Shown one piece after another: positions 12,500-25,324 of a stretch of DNA of 64,000 nt (its first letter is position 1; the number at the start of each line of letters is the position of its first letter). The notes under the pieces were generated by a model. That model worked only from the letters and a program-made list of their open reading frames with translations. It had not been told where the DNA came from and ran no database searches. The stretch is from Hydrolagus colliei (taxonomy: Eukaryota): assembly GCA_035084275.1 (NCBI GenBank), contig CM068743.1, positions 20,460,001 to 20,524,000 on the forward strand. Reading direction: 5' to 3'. The position numbers and the translations under genes were made by a program.

Positions 12500-12815
12500 A
12501 ACCCTTAGCTTACGTGCCTAACCAGCAGTATTAAGCACTTTGAGATATTCTCTTGATGTTTCCAACCTGCTGCTCCCTCCACATAGCAGACACAAGACTG
12601 CTCCATGTCTCCCACATGCCCGATCCACCTCAGAAGTTGGGCTTTCAGCCTTTTTGTCCCCACCCTCTGGAGCCTCACTACCTTCACCCTCCCTTGCCTT
12701 TCTGGAAGGCTGATTTTAGGACTTTCCTCTTTAATTGTGCCTTCAGTCATCCTCCACCTTTATTGTCCAGTGCCTTGGGATGTCCTTTCAACTTGATTGT
12801 TGTTTGTTGTTGATG
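12500..12815 (+). mobile_element. Degenerate L2 3' end
   Basis: 'gggctttcagcc..cccaccctctgg', 'cagtgccttgggatgtcc' and a TTG tail. Confidence 0.7.
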
Positions 12816-12979
12816 GGCAAAGTATAAATGTGTATTATATTGTACAAAATTCCTTTGGGTCCATCAGAAAGAATAAAGGTGAGCAACGGAGATGATTCAA
12901 ATAGTGACTGAATTGACTTGTGAGGAAAAGCCCAGGTAGTTCAATATTCTATTAGAAAATCGAAGACAGTTTAGTTGGT

Positions 12980-14520
12980 ATATGCACTGGCTTGTGCAAA
13001 ACTGAGCAGTTAGCCTAGAAACATTCCAGGTTTGATGCCAAGTCTATGGTGAGGTCATTGTTTTCAGCCAGATTGTAGTGGAGGTGTTACAATTGGCTTC
13101 AGCTTCCTTAGGCACAATCCTACTTGAAAGCTATTCAATGACCCCTGCTGGAAGGTGGATGTTGGGTGCAGGCAGGATTACACTGGATTCCTATTCCCTC
13201 CACACTCCCCTCCCCCCCCCCCCCCCCCCACCACCTCCCACCCCCAACTGACTCCATGGACCATTCAGATTCCCACTCTGAGGAGAGGTAGACCGCACTT
13301 AACGAAGGGGTTAGGGACTTTAAAACCCTTCGTTAAGCGAAAATTTTGTTAAGCGAGAGTTTAACTGTATTACTGTATTTGGCCGCAGCCAAAATGCCAC
13401 CCCAACCCGAGCCTCCCCACTAACATCAGTTTAGTTTCTAGCGGTTCCCAGCGATAACATTTTCAGTGTAAAGGTTGAGCAGCCAAAAGTCCGGTGTTGC
13501 AGAATCCGGAATGTGACAAAAATTGCAGCAATAAAAATGCCAATCCAATCTGCTCCAGGCCAGGTCTTCACAGTCACCAGACTGAAATATCACAACCTGG
13601 GCCCAGACATTTCCTGACTCGAGGCGGGGTTCTTTCTTCCTCCCCTTCCTCACTTTCTCTCTACCCCCCACCCTCTCTATCTCTCTATTCCCCCCCCTCC
13701 ATCTCTATCTCTCTATCCCCTCCCCTCCCTCTCTATTCCCTCCCTCTCTATCCCGACCTCCTCTCTATCTCTCTATCCCCCCCCTTCTCTCTAACGCCCC
13801 TCCCCTCCACCCTCCCACTATCTCTCTATCCCCCCTCCTCTCTATCTCTCTATCCCCCTATCTCTCTATTCCCCCCCCATTCCTCTCTATCTCTCTATCC
13901 ACTCTCCCCTCCCTCTCTACCACCCTCCTCTCTATCTCTCTATCCCCCCTCCCTCTCTATTCCCCCTCCCCTCCCTCTCTATCCCCCCTCTCCTCCCTCT
14001 CTACTTCCCTATCTCTCCATCCCCCCTCCTCCCTATCTCTTTATCCCCCCTATCTCTCTATCCCCCACCCACTCCTCACTCTCTATCTCCCCCTCCCTCT
14101 CTATCCCCCTCCTCTCTATCTCTCTATCCCCCCCTCCTCGACTTACTATTATTGAAGCCACAAAGCATCCAGCTGGTTAAGCTCCTCCCATATGGGAGGG
14201 GCTGCACTGGACTGCTTAACTGAAGCACGCTAAACACTGAGTGTGCGTTGCTGGGCAACCAGAGAGAAGCTGCGCATGAGAAGCCCGCGAGATTTAAATT
14301 GTGTGTAAACATTCGTTATAGCGAAAGCAGCCTTTGTTAAATGGAGAAGTGGTACAAATATAAACCCTCGTTATAGTGAAGTTTCGTTAACTGGGCGTTC
14401 GGTAAGCGGGGTCTACCTGTATTAGCACTTTTGCAAGGTACCTGAGTGTAGCAGATGCCTGCAGAATATTGCCCCAGCATGAGTCAATGCCATTAGAAGA
14501 GGAGAGCAAATAAATGAGGG
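12980..14520 (+). mobile_element. Ancient tRNA-like SINE split by the MITE at 13285-14419
   Basis: 'ccaggtttgatgccaagtctatggtgagg..ttacaattggcttcagc..atgacccctgctggaa' resumes after the MITE; similar to 39330-39720. Confidence 0.5.
13285..14419. mobile_element. Second Tigger-type MITE family, with an internal CT-rich minisatellite (about 13640-14135)
   Basis: Imperfect TIRs aggtagaccgcacttaacgaa / ttcggtaagcggggtctacctg|TA; subterminal 'cgttaagcga' and 'cgttatagcga' repeats. Confidence 0.85.
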
Positions 14521-16460
14521 GAAGATTGAGCAAAGACAAGTGTTTAAAATTATGACGGTGAAAATTATAAAATTATGAGAAGGTGAAAAGTCAGAATTGT
14601 CTTTTGTGGAACCAGTTACACAATTGCCCTATCTATTTAGCACAGGCGAATTAGTCTATCCTCGAACCAATTCAGAGAGGAAGACTTTGGCACCATTAAC
14701 TTAGCAACTGGCCTTGCTGTGATGAGAGCTTGTTAACTCAGTAACAGTAACTATGCCAAATCTTCTAAGCTTTTCAGCAGCAAGAAAGCCACTGGCTTGA
14801 CCAGCTGGAGTAATATTTTAGCAGAACATTTTTATTCTTGTAAAATTTTATTACCTTATCACAAGCAGCACAGAGCACTGAATCTCTGCCAAGAGCAGAA
14901 TGAAAAGCAGGTTTAAATAGTCATTTTCCACGTTTATGATGAAGGAGCAAAAAAAAAAACACCTCATATTAAATCGGTCACCTTCAATAATCTTGCAAAA
15001 TCACTCTTATGATGCGTATTATGTGCAGTTATCATTTCTGTTCGATTTTGACATGCTCTCTGCATCAATCATATGGGATTACGCGGTCTATGCTGCATAT
15101 GTAGAAGAAAGGGAAGGCTGCTGATGAGTTTATCAGACACATTTCCAGTCTCAATGTTTATATGAAGATGTAACTTTATCCACTGTTAGCAATCCTGTGT
15201 CTGAGGGAACTGATTTCAATCTGTCATCCGCAGAACATCTGTAATTTGGCAATGAGCAGAATTGAGAAGTAATCTTATCAACCAGGCTCTTGTATACTTA
15301 TATCTATGTAACTTTATTCTGGTGTCTACCAGTGTTGTGACTAGGAATTAAAAAAAAGTATTATGACAGCCATGAATAATTCCAGGAGAGCTAATACCAG
15401 CATTGATAAAATGGGCTGAAGGATCTTTTCAATTGTATTGCTGGCGATTTACCAGTAGTTCAAGAGTATATACTTGAGTTTTGTTTCTAAAGAACATTTT
15501 TAAAGTATATACGCTAGTTATATATTAATTATTTTTGTTGCACCATCACTGTTGATGAAGGCAATCCGAGATAACCACTACCACACGAGTATTAAATTTA
15601 ATATTGTGAATGCGAGTTTCCTGCTTCCACAACCCCTGGAGAATTCTATTTGTACTTGAAACAAATATGTAGAACAAAGCCCAGTCGCTTCACTTTAACA
15701 TCAAGATCAAAGAGGTCATGATCAAAGAGGTTAATTGATAAGTGGAAAATGACTCTTCTTTGAATAGTTTCTTTGAGCTTTGCTTGTGTTATGATTTTCG
15801 TTGCAATGTTACACAGGAGAAAGTTTCTCCCAGTATCCCCAGCAATGTTGTTTGCAGTTACATGCTCTGTGCACATTGACTTTCACATTTTCCTGCAAAT
15901 AGTCATTACATTTGATAGTAATTTCCTATGAAGCAAATTGAGAAGTTCCAAAGTTATCAGCACTATATAGCGAGGACTTTGGTGCTAAAATTTGTAGTCT
16001 TCCTTATTTAAGGTAAGGAATTCCAAAATAAGCAGGAGGCATCAGTTGGATTTTGAAGGACAGAAAGACCAGTCACTGAAATGGGTCCTCTTCCCACTCA
16101 GCTCCAGTTAACCCAAAGCCTAACAGGTAGGGTGGTCCGAGCTGGATAAGCAGCAGGAAAGCTTGCCAGACAGAGATATCAATGGCAAGTTGTGCGGTTT
16201 AGCTGGTTAGACTCCAACAGTACCCCAACATACACTCAGGTGCCCAAGTGTCAGCTCTTGCTAACCTGCATCCATTACTCTCCAGAATTAGGTAAGCAGG
16301 ATGTGTTCCTTCAGGGGCAGTGTGTGTATACCATTCCAATAAATATCTTTGGAAATTTCATATATTGGTAGGATGTATGCAACTCTGTTTGGTTTGGATT
16401 ACTCTTCAGCATGGTGATGGGATTCCACATGTATCTGACTGACCAAAATAAATTAAGCTG

Positions 16461-16670
16461 TAATAATAATCCTTGCATTTGATATAGTGCTTTTCACATC
16501 TTCTAGATGACTGGCAGTGTTTATTTACAGAATATTCAGTAAAGTGAATATACAGTAAATGTTTATATGTGGGTGAAACAAGGCAGCCAATTGTGCACAG
16601 CAGTGTCCCACAAACAGTTGTGGATTGAAATTAGCAATTTATTATTGTTTTTTTGAGGGATTATTATTAG
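16461..16670 (-). mobile_element. SINE 3' part (tRNA-Ala-like family)
   Basis: 'taataataatccttgcatttgatatagtgc..ggcagccaattgtgcacagcagtgtcccacaaacag'. Confidence 0.85.
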
Positions 16671-17735
16671 TCATTGAGTAATAGTGGCAGCCTGCGTCAA
16701 CAAAATTTGTGGCTTGGTGATGGTCAATGGATGTGTTGTGAGAATGGATGCACATTTAAAAGCCTCTATCATAGATTTGCAAGTTTAGTTTGAGAAATAG
16801 GAAGGAAGGATGGCAACTGTTGTAATATTCAAAACTGAAGTAGTGACCGTTCTGATTTGAATCCACTTCACCAGAACTGAATCTTATTATCTATATAAGA
16901 AAAAGATCACAAGTGAAACACCAATTATTCCTGGTTCACCAACACAGCTGCAACAATCTAGAGTGCATTTTCATTATTATAATATTACTTTCTCCATACC
17001 TGTCTGTGTCAGCTTGATGTGGTACTAAGTGGCAACAGATGATCTTAAAATGCTATTCCTTAAGCCTGCTTTGAGAGTGTAAGAAAGTTATTTCTGATTT
17101 TAATTTCCCGCTATGGGTCCAGTGTCTGAACCTAGCTACAGTCACAATTCCCAGATCACATTGAGCATCAAGGGTGGGAAGCAAGATGGTGATGGTTGTC
17201 GTGGAGGGGAAAAGAGGATTCTTGGCTGCAGATTAGCCAGGTCACAAGATCTTCCATCCATTCTAAGATTCTAAACTCAAAACTGTGATGTCTTTGTAAT
17301 TTATGAACGTTCTTCAGGAATGTGATGGCCTTGATGCCACTACTGACACCGTCATCAACCAATTGTTACCATTTGTACTTGTGTTAAAGTCCTTCCATTA
17401 AGGCAGCGACTTCCAGAAGTCCAATGCAATGTTGACTTGCAGTTTTCTTGACCTTCAGTGAGGCACCTACAGACTGAGCCTACGAAGCTGCTTTCAGTGC
17501 TGAGTTCGGCAGTGCCATTTTATAAATGAAACCTCTCCCAAGAGTAATGTGTTGAAAGAGCATTGCAAGCTGGAACTAATTCCTGGGCATTGGGACAGCA
17601 CAAACACGTGACCCACACACATTCCAGATAGTATGAGTTGGTGGTGGTGGTATCTGGATCATCTTATTCCTCGAAATGTTTCTGCTTTTGGTGTGTTACC
17701 CTGTATTTACAAAAAAAATTAACTATTTTCGATAG

Positions 17736-17764
17736 CTGTTGAGAAAATATGTAGAAGCTGCAAG
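17736..17764 (+). other. Candidate 29-nt exon
   Basis: 'ttttcgatAG|ctgttgagaaaatatgtagaagctgcaag|GTAAGG'; open as LLRKYVEAA or VEKICRSCK; weak pyrimidine tract. Confidence 0.25.
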
Positions 17765-18812
17765 GTAAGGCTCAGCTGCCTTGTACATTTTCCAGCACAT
17801 TTTCTCCCTGACAGAGTTATTATACCTCAGTGATTAAAGAGAACTGAAACCTGGTGAACCTTCAATGCAATTCTATTGATCGAGATGCATTTGAGGGAAA
17901 ATAAATATGTCAAACAATTATTTGTTTGTAATTTGTCTTAAGCAGATCAGAGTAAACATGACAGGCTGATACCTTTAATGGACAATAAATTAAAAGGCCA
18001 CAGGGCAGTGAGGGTTGAGGTAGTAGGAATGTATATCAGTGTGAAACAAACCAGCATGTTGGCACTAACCTACCTTTGCTGACTATTGTTACTAGCGGAT
18101 CAATTTTGGTGGGGGTGGGGGGGGGGGGGGGGTGGGGGAGAAAAAGAGACTTATCTTCAAGGGAATGCAAATAGAATCTAGGACTGTGAACTCAGAAGGT
18201 AACTAATCAGGCAGTCAGGTATGAATGGATTTGGCAGCACAGAATGTGGTTGGCAGGGTGAAAGCTGACCTTGTGCCAGTCAACAGTAAGATCTTTGCGA
18301 CCCTTGGCCTTCACGTTTGACATGCTCGGGGGTTTCAAAGTGAAAAAGGGAACCACTCAGTGTGTGTTTGACACATTTGAAAGAGCAGGTTTTTGAAAAG
18401 TTGGCTGTTTACGAGGCTTATTTACCGATCTGCGGTTCAGGACCATTTGGATGATTTAACTGCAAGGCTTACATATTTTAATTCTGTTAGTCTCCACAGG
18501 CAAAGAGCAATCTTAGCTGACATGTTCACTCACCTTCAATTGAAAAGGTACCACATTATGTGCTGGCACCCTAATAATCCTTTCACTTTATACAGCGCCT
18601 TTCCCATCAGTAGAACACCTCAAAGCGCTCCACTGGATTTTACTGGAAAGTCTAGTTACTGTGTTTTGCAGGCAAGCTCATTTGTAAACAGCAATGTCCC
18701 ACAAACAGCTATCCAGTGAATTTTATCTTTGGTAAACACAGCTTTCCTAAACTAGCAGCTAAGAAATTGGGATGGCCTGCAGGCTCTCTTAAAACTACTG
18801 TACTTTCAAAGG

Positions 18813-19129
18813 TAATAATAATAATAATCCTTGCATTTGATATAGCATTTTTTTACATCTTATAGATGTCTCAAAGTGCTTCACTGTATATATTGTAAAG
18901 TGAATTGATTGTATTTGTGGGTGAAATGCGGTAGCCACTTGTGCAGAGCAGTGCCCTACAAACAGTCGTGGATTGAAATGTCCGATTTATTATTGTGTGT
19001 TTTTTGAAGAATTATTATCAGCAGTGTGTGTGGAGTAAGGAAACTTGCCCAAGGTTTCGCCCTTCCTGGACTTGAACCAAAGTCTCTTGCTTGCAAGGTG
19101 CGTGCTCTAACCACTGAGCTACAGGATAC
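18813..19129 (-). mobile_element. Full-length tRNA-Ala-like SINE
   Basis: Runs from the (AAT)n tail through the body to the reversed head 'cttgcaaggtgcgtgctctaaccactgagctacagga'. Confidence 0.93.
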
Positions 19130-19346
19130 CCAATTTGTCACCAAATTGCATTAACTAGCATTAGCAAGCTTGAAAGGAATAAGTTTCATTTATATTGTAC
19201 CCTTCACATGAGATACCTTTTCAGAGTACTTCATAAAGGTAGTTGGACACTGTTCAAGTGATGAAAGGAGGGTGACCATAGGTGCAATTGAAGAGTCATG
19301 TGTTTAGGTAGGATTTCCAGTCCATGGAAAGTTAGAGAAGTGGAGC

Positions 19347-19985
19347 AACAAACAACAACAACAAAATTGCACTTATATAGAGCCTTTCATGTCGGGAGGA
19401 CGTCCCAAAGTGCTGGACAGTCAGGTCGAGACTCGAGCGGGGGGTGGGGGGGGGGGGTCGGGGTAGGGGGAAGGGGAAGGAGAGTGGGAGAGGGGGAAGA
19501 ATTGGTGGGGTAGTCGAAGGCGTGGTCGAAGAGAAAGGTCTTGAGACCGGCCTTGAAGGAGGAAAGGGATGAGGCAAGGTGGAGGGACTGCGGGATGGAG
19601 TTCCTCAGTGTGGGAGCAGAGCAGCTGAAAGCCTGGCCGCCGATGGTTGGGCGGTTAGGGCGGTGGATGCGGAGCAGGCCTGAGTCTGCTGAATGGAGGG
19701 TGCAGGCAGGCTGATAGGAGAAGTGTAGAGGAAGCGAGTTCCAAAAGATAGGGACAGAGTGTTTAAGCCATAGATAGTGTCATGAACGGGCTTTGGACAG
19801 GGCAGGAGAAGATCACAGACATAAGGACATCTGAGACAGTGATTGGATTTGTAGGTGAAGGTGAGGACCTTGAAGTCAATTCAGGGAGCAGTTGAAGCCG
19901 GGCAAGGACTGGGGTGATGGACATGTGGAGTTCAGTATGGGCGAGGATGCAGTCAATCGAGTTTGAGATAGGTGGACCTAATAGA
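19347..19985 (-). mobile_element. L2 LINE 3' fragment
   Basis: (AAC)n tail; stem-loop 'gcctttcatgtcgggaggacgtcccaaagtgc'; minus frame FKAGLKTFLFDHAF. Confidence 0.9.
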
Positions 19986-20875
19986 AACTTGGGAGTCCAG
20001 AGGGAAGTGCAGTGTAAATTCCAAATGCACGAATGAGGGTCTCTGGCATTTGGTGTGTTGGGGGCTGAGACAGACTATATAGTGTATCAGAACTAAATGA
20101 TTGACATCTTCCCTTTGACTCTCTTCCCCACCCCATATCCTTCTCTCCCTCCCAATGGATAGCCATGTGAGAGAATGTCCCTCAGACAATACATCCGTGA
20201 CCACAGTGGGAAAGCATTCTGTTACCCTTCATGCCACTGAAACGTTACAGAGCCTTTGAAAAAATACTGCAGCACAATGCTATAGCAATCCAACTCTTTC
20301 TACCCTTTTCAGAGGACTCTAGTCTGTCTTTTTAAAAAATCTTTCCTCAGTAAACTTGGTTTACTGCTGTGTTCAGACAGACAATTGACAGACAAAGACT
20401 GTGGTTAGCTGGTGTGAGCCACAATTATGCAGCGCTACATCAGGATGGGAGTAAAAAGTAATCATTTTAATCTTTGAATCATTCGTTGACTGTTTTCCAA
20501 GAACTGTCTGTTAACTTTGCAGATCCCAATCCTGTAATTAAAAACTGTTGTATTTTTCCTTTTTATATATAATATAAACCTGGAAATATTTGAAAAAGTA
20601 CATCTTGTGATTTTCCTGACACATAGCACTTGGCTAATTCTTGATTCTTGTTTAAGTTATCGGGTACAGTATGTGCAGACCTTTGCTGTGTGCCAGAAAT
20701 GCTTGTTTGTGTGTGTGTGTGTGTGTGTCCTTGTGTGAGAAAGAGTGAACAATGTGTGTGTGTGTGTGTCGATTGTGCGTGCCTGCCAGGCAGACCCCTG
20801 CTTTGCACTTGTCTCTAGGAAAAATCTCAATCTTTATCTTCACATGAATTGTTCTTCAATTGCGGTTTCATTGTG

Positions 20876-20990
20876 AAATAATAATAAATAACCCTTGCAT
20901 TTGATATGGCGCTTTTCAGGTCTTCTCGACATCTCAAAGCACTTCATGGAATATATTGTAGAGTGAATTGACTGTATATTTGTGGGGGAG
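20876..20990 (-). mobile_element. SINE 3' fragment
   Basis: 'ccttgcatttgatatggcgcttttcaggtcttctcgacatctcaaagc'. Confidence 0.8.
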
Positions 20991-21195
20991 TCGTAATCTT
21001 AGTGGGAACATTTCAGACAGGCTTAACTGCTGGGCCAGCTTGCTTGACTTTCTTGGAGTAAAAATTGGATGTGATGCAGGCCAAATATTCTCACTGCTCC
21101 AGCCATTTCCCTTTTCTGCCAAAGTAGGTGGTCATGGGTACAGACTCTCCATTGGTGTTTTCATACAAGTAAAATACATAACATACAACTGTGGG

Positions 21196-21387
21196 GAAAT
21201 TTCCTTAGTCTACAAGCCCTGATAATAATCCATCAAGAGAAAAAAACACCCAATAATAAATTGGTCACTTCAATACACAACTGATTGTAGGACATTTCTG
21301 TGCCCAATTGCCTGCTGCTTTTCGCCCACAAATATACAGTCAATTCACTTTACAGTATATTCTGTGGAGCACTTTGAGAAGTCTAGA
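21196..21387 (+). mobile_element. SINE body fragment
   Basis: 'tgtgcccaattgcctgctgcttttcgcccacaaatatacagtcaattcactttacag'. Confidence 0.8.
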
Positions 21388-21997
21388 ACCTATCACCCTG
21401 CCAATTAGTCTCATGCCTGTTTGTGAGACTTTGCTTTGCTTACAAAAAAAGTCACTGAATTTAATGGAAATCGCTTGTGAAGAAATTACTTTCAGACACT
21501 TTGCCGTTGTAGACAATATAATTTTTTTTAATTCTTTTTATTTCTTGTAGAACTTGGGTACTATAATACTTTTGTTTCCAACTGAGATCCCGAAAGTTAG
21601 CATTTTAACTAAATCTCTGTATGAGGAAATTCTGATCTGAGAATCACTCCAAACTCTGCATAAAAACCTACTGTGCATTATTCACTGGAACCTTTCCGAG
21701 ATCACAATAACGATGTTGATTTATCCCGTATGAAGAAGTAATTGCAGGGAGTTGAGCCAAAGTATGTTCAGGAAATGTTGGTACAGCATCTTGTTGCAAA
21801 ATCTGGTTTCCATTCCTTCCAAACGGCATCTGATTTTACAAATGCAATGCCAGACCTAGTAAAACCAATGCTTATAAATCCAAATTGTTTTTTTTAAAAA
21901 AAAATTGTCCTTATTTCCCTTCCTTCTCCTGAAGGATGAAATGTTGGTCAAGTTTCCTTGCTCCACATGCCTCTGTTCACCTAACAGTAGGTAGGTA

Positions 21998-22203
21998 CAG
22001 TAAAAGCCCATTTATCCGGCACCCGATGAACCATAACTTCCGTATAACTGGCATCGCAAAAAAAAAGTCTGCATCCGATTAACCGGAATTTATCCAGAAA
22101 AATGCTTCTTTTTTTTTTTTTGCATTTTCGTCTGACTATCCGGCACACGCTTTAACCAGCATTGGCCAGGTCCTGAGGGTGCCGGATAAACAGGTTTTTA
22201 CTG
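21998..22203 (+). mobile_element. Tigger MITE copy B (206 bp)
   Basis: TA|cagtaaaagcccatttatccggcac ... gtgccggataaacaggtttttactg|TA. Confidence 0.92.
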
Positions 22204-22283
22204 TACATGGTTGTTACTCGACAGGCATATCGTTTTTCCGTGGGTAATCATCCTTTAGGAAAAATAGAATAATTATTATTAAT

Positions 22284-23416
22284 TAGTAAAAGCCTGTTTA
22301 TCTGGCATCCTTGGGCCCTGGCCAATGCCAGTTAAATGGCATGGTGGATATTCAGGCGGCAGTTAAATGGCATGGTGGATATTCAGGCGGCAAGTTGCCA
22401 AAAACCCAACACAAAAAAATTTACTTTTTTAAACATACCATATTAATAATAGATTAAATAATACCAGAATATTGTATGAATACTTACCAATAAAGCAATA
22501 AATATTGATTACAGTCTATAAACGCTGCACACAATCACAAAGCAAACTTCTACAATGGCGGACTAATGGCTTAAATCAGCACTGTCAGTTTTCCTTTTTT
22601 TTTCTTTCTCTCCCTCCTTCCCTCGCTCTCTCTTTCACACACACACACACTCAGTCAGTCTGGCATCTAAATGGCTCCAAACCCAACACCCCTCCACTCC
22701 TTTTATTTTCCATCTAAATTAATAACTCACCCCCCCCTCTCTCTCCCCTCCTCTCTCCCACCTCTCTCTCTCACTCCCACTCCTCTCTCTCCCCCCCCTC
22801 TTTCCCCCTCTTCCCCCCACACCCTCTCTCTCCCTGCCTCTCTCTCCTCCCACACTCCACCAACACAGTGTATAAACCCATGATACAATCAGGTTACACA
22901 GGAANNNNNNNNNNNNNNNNNNNNNNNNNNNNNNNNNNNNNNNNNNNNNNNNNNNNNNNNNNNNNNNNNNNNNNNNNNNNNNNNNNNNNNNNNNNNNNNN
23001 NNNNNNNNNNNNNNNNNNNNNNNNNNNNNNNNNNNNNNNNNNNNNNNNNNNNNNNNNNNNNNNNNNNNNNNNNNNNNNNNNNNNNNNNNNNNNNNNNNNN
23101 NNNNNNNNNNNNNNNNNNNNNNNNNNNNNNNNNNNNNNNNNNNNNNNNNNNNNNNNNNNNNNNNNNNNNNNNNNNNNNNNNNNNGAGGGAGAGGAAAAAC
23201 TGACAGTGCCCCATTAAGACGAAAAACCGGAAGTGCCACTACCAACAGCATTCAGAACTAATCGTACTGTACTCTCGTGCAACAATCGACTCATTAAATG
23301 CGCCACCGGGATTGTGCTGGATAAGATCCGGTTATTCGAATGGTGACCTTTTTTTTGAGGTGACGGTTATACGGAAGTTACGGTTGATCAGGTCACGGAT
23401 AAATGGGCTTTTATTG
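22284..23416 (-). mobile_element. Tigger MITE copy C, with a CT-rich interior, a 31-bp tandem duplication and the assembly gap
   Basis: tagtaaaagcctgtttatctggc ... ggataaatgggcttttattg|TA; duplication at 22330-22391. Confidence 0.85.
22905..23184. other. Assembly gap (280 N)
   Basis: Run of N inside a low-complexity MITE interior. Confidence 1.
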
Positions 23417-23434
23417 TAGTTTGGTCACTAGATC

Positions 23435-23848
23435 CACGACTGCTTGTGGAACGCTCATCTCTAAATCAGAGGTTTGTGGGTTCAGGCTCCACTTCAAGAT
23501 TTGGAATCACAATGTCTAAGATGACCCTCCCATGAAGTGCTGGGAGGTGTTGCATTGTTGGAGGTGCTGTCCTTTGGATGAGATGTTAAAAAACTGAGGT
23601 CACATTTGTTTTCTCACATGGATGTTGAAGAAGCTTCTCATGGCACTATTCAAAAAGGGAAAGGAGTTGTTCCTGGTGTCCTGGCTAATAAATCCCACCA
23701 AATAAATCTGGGATATTGCTGTGTGCAACTGGCCACCATATTTGGTCCATAAAATTCAGTGAGTCCACTTTACAGTGTATTCTGTGAAGTGCTTTAAGAC
23801 TTCTCAATCATGTGATAAGGCACTTTGTCAAATGCAAAGATTATTATA
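23435..23848 (+). mobile_element. Deu-domain SINE (SacSINE1/AmnSINE1-like)
   Basis: tRNA head 'gtgggttcaggctcc'; Deu core 'ggaggtgctgtcctttggatgagatgttaaa..catggcactattc..ggtgtcctggc'; L2-type tail. Confidence 0.85.
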
Positions 23849-24219
23849 CAGCTCCATTCCACAATTGGGAAATGCCTTTAGCAAATTGAGCATATGTGAA
23901 GCTGTCTTCAGCTATTCTAGTGATTAAAATGTAACACATTTTCTAATTATAATTATAAACTGTGAATAATAGCTCTATATTTTCATTCTGTGGTTGTATT
24001 GAAATATTATCAGTGAACTTTGTTTCTAGATAGTTTTATTGTACAATCTCAGTTTTCCATTGGCCCTGTTTTTTTCCCCCATGAAGAAATCTTGGTTCCA
24101 ATGCCAAATATTAGCATTTGCTTTCACTCTCTTGTTCCATGCAGCATGTTTCTGTTCTGTTCTTGCCAATACACTAAATTTCACAGCTCCATGTTCATCT
24201 GCCACCATGATCTGTTTTA

Positions 24220-24520
24220 ATGACCTTGCATTGGAAGTAGCTTTTACAATATGAATGTCGCAAAGTGCTTCACAGGTTAAAAATAATAACCCTTAATTTA
24301 ACATAACACTCTTCATGTCAGAAACATTTCTCAAAATGCTTCAAATTGAATTTATTTTATGTGTGAACGCAGCAGCCAATAGAGCAAAGTCCCACCAAGT
24401 GCTAGGAAAGGAATGTGCCATTATACTGTAATCTGGTGGGATTGTTGGCCAGGACAATGAGTGAAATTCCTGTCACTTTTTAAGTAGTGTCATGGGATCT
24501 TTAATATCCACCTGAAAGAC
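24220..24520 (-). mobile_element. Degenerate Deu-type SINE fragments
   Basis: 'gcagcagccaat..ttggccaggaca..tagtgtcatgggatctttaatatccacctga'. Confidence 0.65.
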
Positions 24521-25324
24521 AATCTCGATTGTGTCAATGAGGTAACTGTCTTGAGAGAAACTGACCGTTGGATCCAAAGTTGTCTCCCTTCCTGATTCTG
24601 CTGCATCAGTGTCTGAGGCAATACATTGAGCGGAACGTTCTCTGTCTGTGCTGGAGTCAGGCTCTGTTTGGTTTGGGTTGAGCTCTCATGCCAATGATGC
24701 AGAATAGTGATGCTCCTAGTCACATACACCAGATTGGAAGCTGCAGTACCTGGGGTAGCTTGAGGTCTGTGCTGAGCTTCAACACCTCAACCTGTTTTTA
24801 AAGAGGCAATGCTCAGGCTTGCAAATCAAAAGTGACTCACTTTACTAGAAGAATGGTATGCAGTCATTTGGATTCCTTCCATCAATCTAGTTCACTAAAT
24901 GAGCTTGGCAACTGTTGGGTGATTTATTTTCTCTCAAGACAACCTGCAGCTAACTTTGAATGCAGAATGAAAGGAAAAGCTTAAATACTAATCAAGATCA
25001 TCAACAGCAACAACTCACATTTATATATCACCCTCCATGCTGGGTTGCGTCTCAGAGTGCTCAACTCGAGAGGGATTTGGTTGAAATAATATTATTTGAT
25101 TTCAGCCTTCTAGAAGACTCCCCCTCACTGTCCATCCACACCTTGATTGAGTCCGGTGTCTCAGCCTCAACCACCTTTGCTGGTTGTGAGTGCTCTCTAT
25201 GTAAAGAAATGCTTTCTGGTGTGTTGTGCTGACATTGTCCTTGATACACAATACCATTATTTCCAGTTGAAAGTACTTATTGTGGAAGTGAAATAACCAT
25301 GACATTAACAGAATGCTCCTGCTC

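Noticed and set aside
22868-23251. ORFs spanning the N run
   Set aside because: Artefacts of the assembly gap.
24540-25320. 5' part or upstream alternative ORF of SLC35A4
   Set aside because: Manual translation gave no matching motifs; part of the stretch is L2/CR1 debris.
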